64,000 nucleotides of DNA, taken from positions 34,720,001 through 34,784,000 of the forward strand of contig OZ024751.1 of NCBI GenBank assembly GCA_964016885.1. Reading direction: 5' to 3'. The notes below the pieces were generated by a model that worked only from the letters and a program-made list of their open reading frames with translations, did not search any database and was not told the DNA's origin. The DNA is from Eledone cirrhosa (Eukaryota). Of the stretch, positions 61,546 to 64,000 are shown piece by piece. Positions within the stretch are counted from its first letter, which is position 1, and every line of letters begins with the position of its first letter. Both the position numbers and the translations under genes were made by a program.

Positions 61546-61981
61546 AGTAATGTCTCACTTAGCTTGATACCTAGACCAGCTTGAGCCAGTGATTGGTAGA
61601 GATAAACCGCCACCATGTTTAACACCACTACACGACTTCTGTATATTTACTCAACGTGATAAAACTAGCTGAATAATCTATCTCAAATAATCCACATCAC
61701 TGTCTTCAAAAATACAAAGATTTATTGCATAATATTGCTGACAAATCTCTCAACACTTTTGTCAAACTGACATTATATTAGAAAGCACTTGTACCAGACA
61801 GTGTGGTTTGATATGGTCAAATAACTCCAGATCGAGATGCAGAGGCACTGTTTTGACAAAAACAGTGTTTCTTGGACATGTTTAAGCCTGGAGGGCCCAT
61901 CCCTCTCCAGGCCTGAAAACAGAAGATTTCTTCCAGAGAAAGATTGAAAATGAGAGAGAAGTGAGAAAGAGATATAGAGAA

Positions 61982-62120
61982 AGAATCAACCCCAGTACTA
62001 GACTGGTACTCTTTTATGGACCTCGAAAGGATGAAAAGCGAAGTTGACTTCAGCATGATTTGAACGAATACCACAAAACACTATCCGACGTTCTAACGAC
62101 TCTGCTAATTCGCTGCCTTA
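61982..62120 (-). mobile_element. SINE (38790-39155 family), head plus central domain
   Basis: CCCCAGTACTAGACTGGTACTCTTTTATGGACCTCGAAAGGATGAAAAGCGAAGTTGAC..GATTTGAAC..TTCTAACGACTCTGCTAATTCGCTGCC is a reversed central domain, B-box and A-box. Confidence 0.75.
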
Positions 62121-63437
62121 CTTCCAAGTGGTTGTGAAGCGAATCTATTCACCATACAGCTATAACTGCGTTTATTAAATCTCGTTTAATGGATGGTGGT
62201 GGTTGCCATTTATAGAGATGTCTTGACTAAAATATTTGGAAGACGATGTTCTTTGTTACACATATGACAACTTTTCAAAGCGTTTAACAGTGTAATAATA
62301 AAGGCAGATTCGATCCAATAATTCATCTCTGTACATGTATTACCATCTCTTCAAACACCACAGCTCTTCTGCTCTATAGTGAATCAATTATAATGTTACA
62401 TTAAGAATGATTTATCGATCTATTCACTTCATACTCGTCTGTGTCTTTCTCCCTTTCATGCCATAGCTTCCAGCTATCAGAAGATTCTCCGATCGTTTCG
62501 AGGGGTCCTAGGTTAAAAGCACTCTATTCTCCATAATGGACGGAATTTTTCTGTAATCCTCCCAGCTATAATTATGTTTCATGTGTTCAAATAGATACTG
62601 CTTGCAACTCTGAACTTTATCATTGAATCTGGAAACTTACTGATCCGAGAGATCTTAGGCTTTGTCAGCTAGAAATAGATTTAAAAGGAATCAGTAGTGC
62701 TGTTTTTAACTATGATACCCGTAGCATACACACACACACACCACACACACACACACGTATATGCCTGCACGCATACATACAAATGTGCACAGATACAGAC
62801 ACACACACACACGCAGACACACACACAGACACACACACTCAGACAGACACGCGCATAGATATATTTCAATTGTGAGTATAACAGAGATATCAAGTATATG
62901 AAGAATTCAAAATTAATTAATTACTTGTGGAATAATTAGAAACTCAAATAATATATTAATTAATTAGATAATTGATTAATAGAATATAGGTCCCACCGCC
63001 ACTAATCAATCAGGCATTTGAACTACTTCGACTGAAAACCTTTACTCGGAGGCTGATCTGATTGGTACCCTTTTCGATTTCCTTGTGGTTAAAAGACAGA
63101 GAGTACTAAAATACCCACTTGAGAGGACTCCAGTCAAAGGCAGGGTTAACTCCCAGCTACTTCTGGTTCTCATTTTAAGCTGTATATACGAGAGCAACTT
63201 GAAATGAAGGGTTTTGTTAGACAAAACATTCTTCCCAGTTCAGGAATTGAACCCATGACATTATGTTCGTAAGTACAACACCCTAACCATTAGTCTACGT
63301 GTCTATATATTATTCAATAGGTGCGTTTAATAGTACGATGAAAATAATCGTCTACCATTTAGGTTCCATTGTCGTCGTCAATGAAAGATGAAAATATAGA
63401 TTAGGAGAGAGTGGGTGGGAGATAAAAAGAGACAGAG

Positions 63438-64000
63438 CGGGAGTGTGGTGTTCTTGGACGGGAGTGTAGTGCTCTTGGACGGGAGTGTAGTGTTCTTGGG
63501 CGGGAGTGTGGTGTTCTTGAACGGGAGTGTGGTGTTCTTGGACGGGAGTGTGGTGTTCTTGAACGGGAGTGTAGTGCTCTTGGACGGGAGTGTAGTGCTC
63601 TTGAACGGGAGTGTGGTGCTCTTGGACGGGAGTGTGGTGTTCTTGAACGGGAGTGTAGTGTTCTTGGGCGGGAGTGTAGTGTTCTTGGGCGGGAGTGTGG
63701 TGTTCTTGAACGGGAGTGTGGTGTTCTTGGACGGGAGTGTGGTGTTCTTGGACGGGAGTGTGGTGTTCTTGGACGGGAGTGTAGTGCTCTTGGACGGGAG
63801 TGTGGTGTTCTTGGACGGGAGTGTGGTGTTCTTGGACGGGAGTGTGGTGTTCTTGGACGGGAGTGTGGTGTTCTTGGACGGGAGTGTAGTGCTCTTGGAC
63901 GGGAGTGTAGTGCTCTTGGACGGGAGTGTAGTGCTCTTGGACGGGAGTGTAGTGCTCTTGAACGGGAGAGTGGTGCTCTTGGACGGGAGAGTGGTGCTCT
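63438..64000. repeat. GC-rich 21-bp minisatellite, about 27 copies, continuing past the window edge
   Basis: Unit CGGGAGTGT(G/A)GTG(T/C)TCTTG(G/A)(A/G), with no indels seen. Confidence 0.97.

Overview
Eukaryotic (animal) non-coding DNA, very AT-rich and dominated by simple repeats. I recognise no host protein-coding exon, rRNA or intact tRNA gene, and nearly all ORFs in the supplied track are translations of microsatellites. The SINE families and the extreme (TA)n/(GT)n load resemble coleoid cephalopod (Octopus-like) DNA; this is an inference from remembered repeat consensus, not a database result. Recognisable mobile-element debris: the C-terminal zinc-knuckle/restriction-like endonuclease of an R4/Dong-type LINE (2303-2923), a Penelope-like (PLE) GIY-YIG endonuclease fragment (21083-21413, minus), a mariner transposase remnant (52790-53444), RTE-clade remnants, a hAT-type non-autonomous element with an 8-bp TSD (5268-6265), MITEs and many tRNA-derived SINEs. 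There is also a ~5.85-kb satellite with a higher-order period (43056-48909) and several minisatellites. The most interesting signal is a set of short unique islands embedded in giant (TA)n arrays. Three unrelated islands each carry a type I hammerhead ribozyme fold (10529-10579 +; 12287-12403 - with an 88-nt branched stem II; 14511-14565 -), and a fourth carries a variant core. Two other families lack a hammerhead core but have a fixed fold-back (long inverted repeat plus tail) architecture (8748-8940 / 33631-33818 / 26111-26179, and 25790-26025). A palindromic element with two convergent tRNA-like units sits at 5600-6095.
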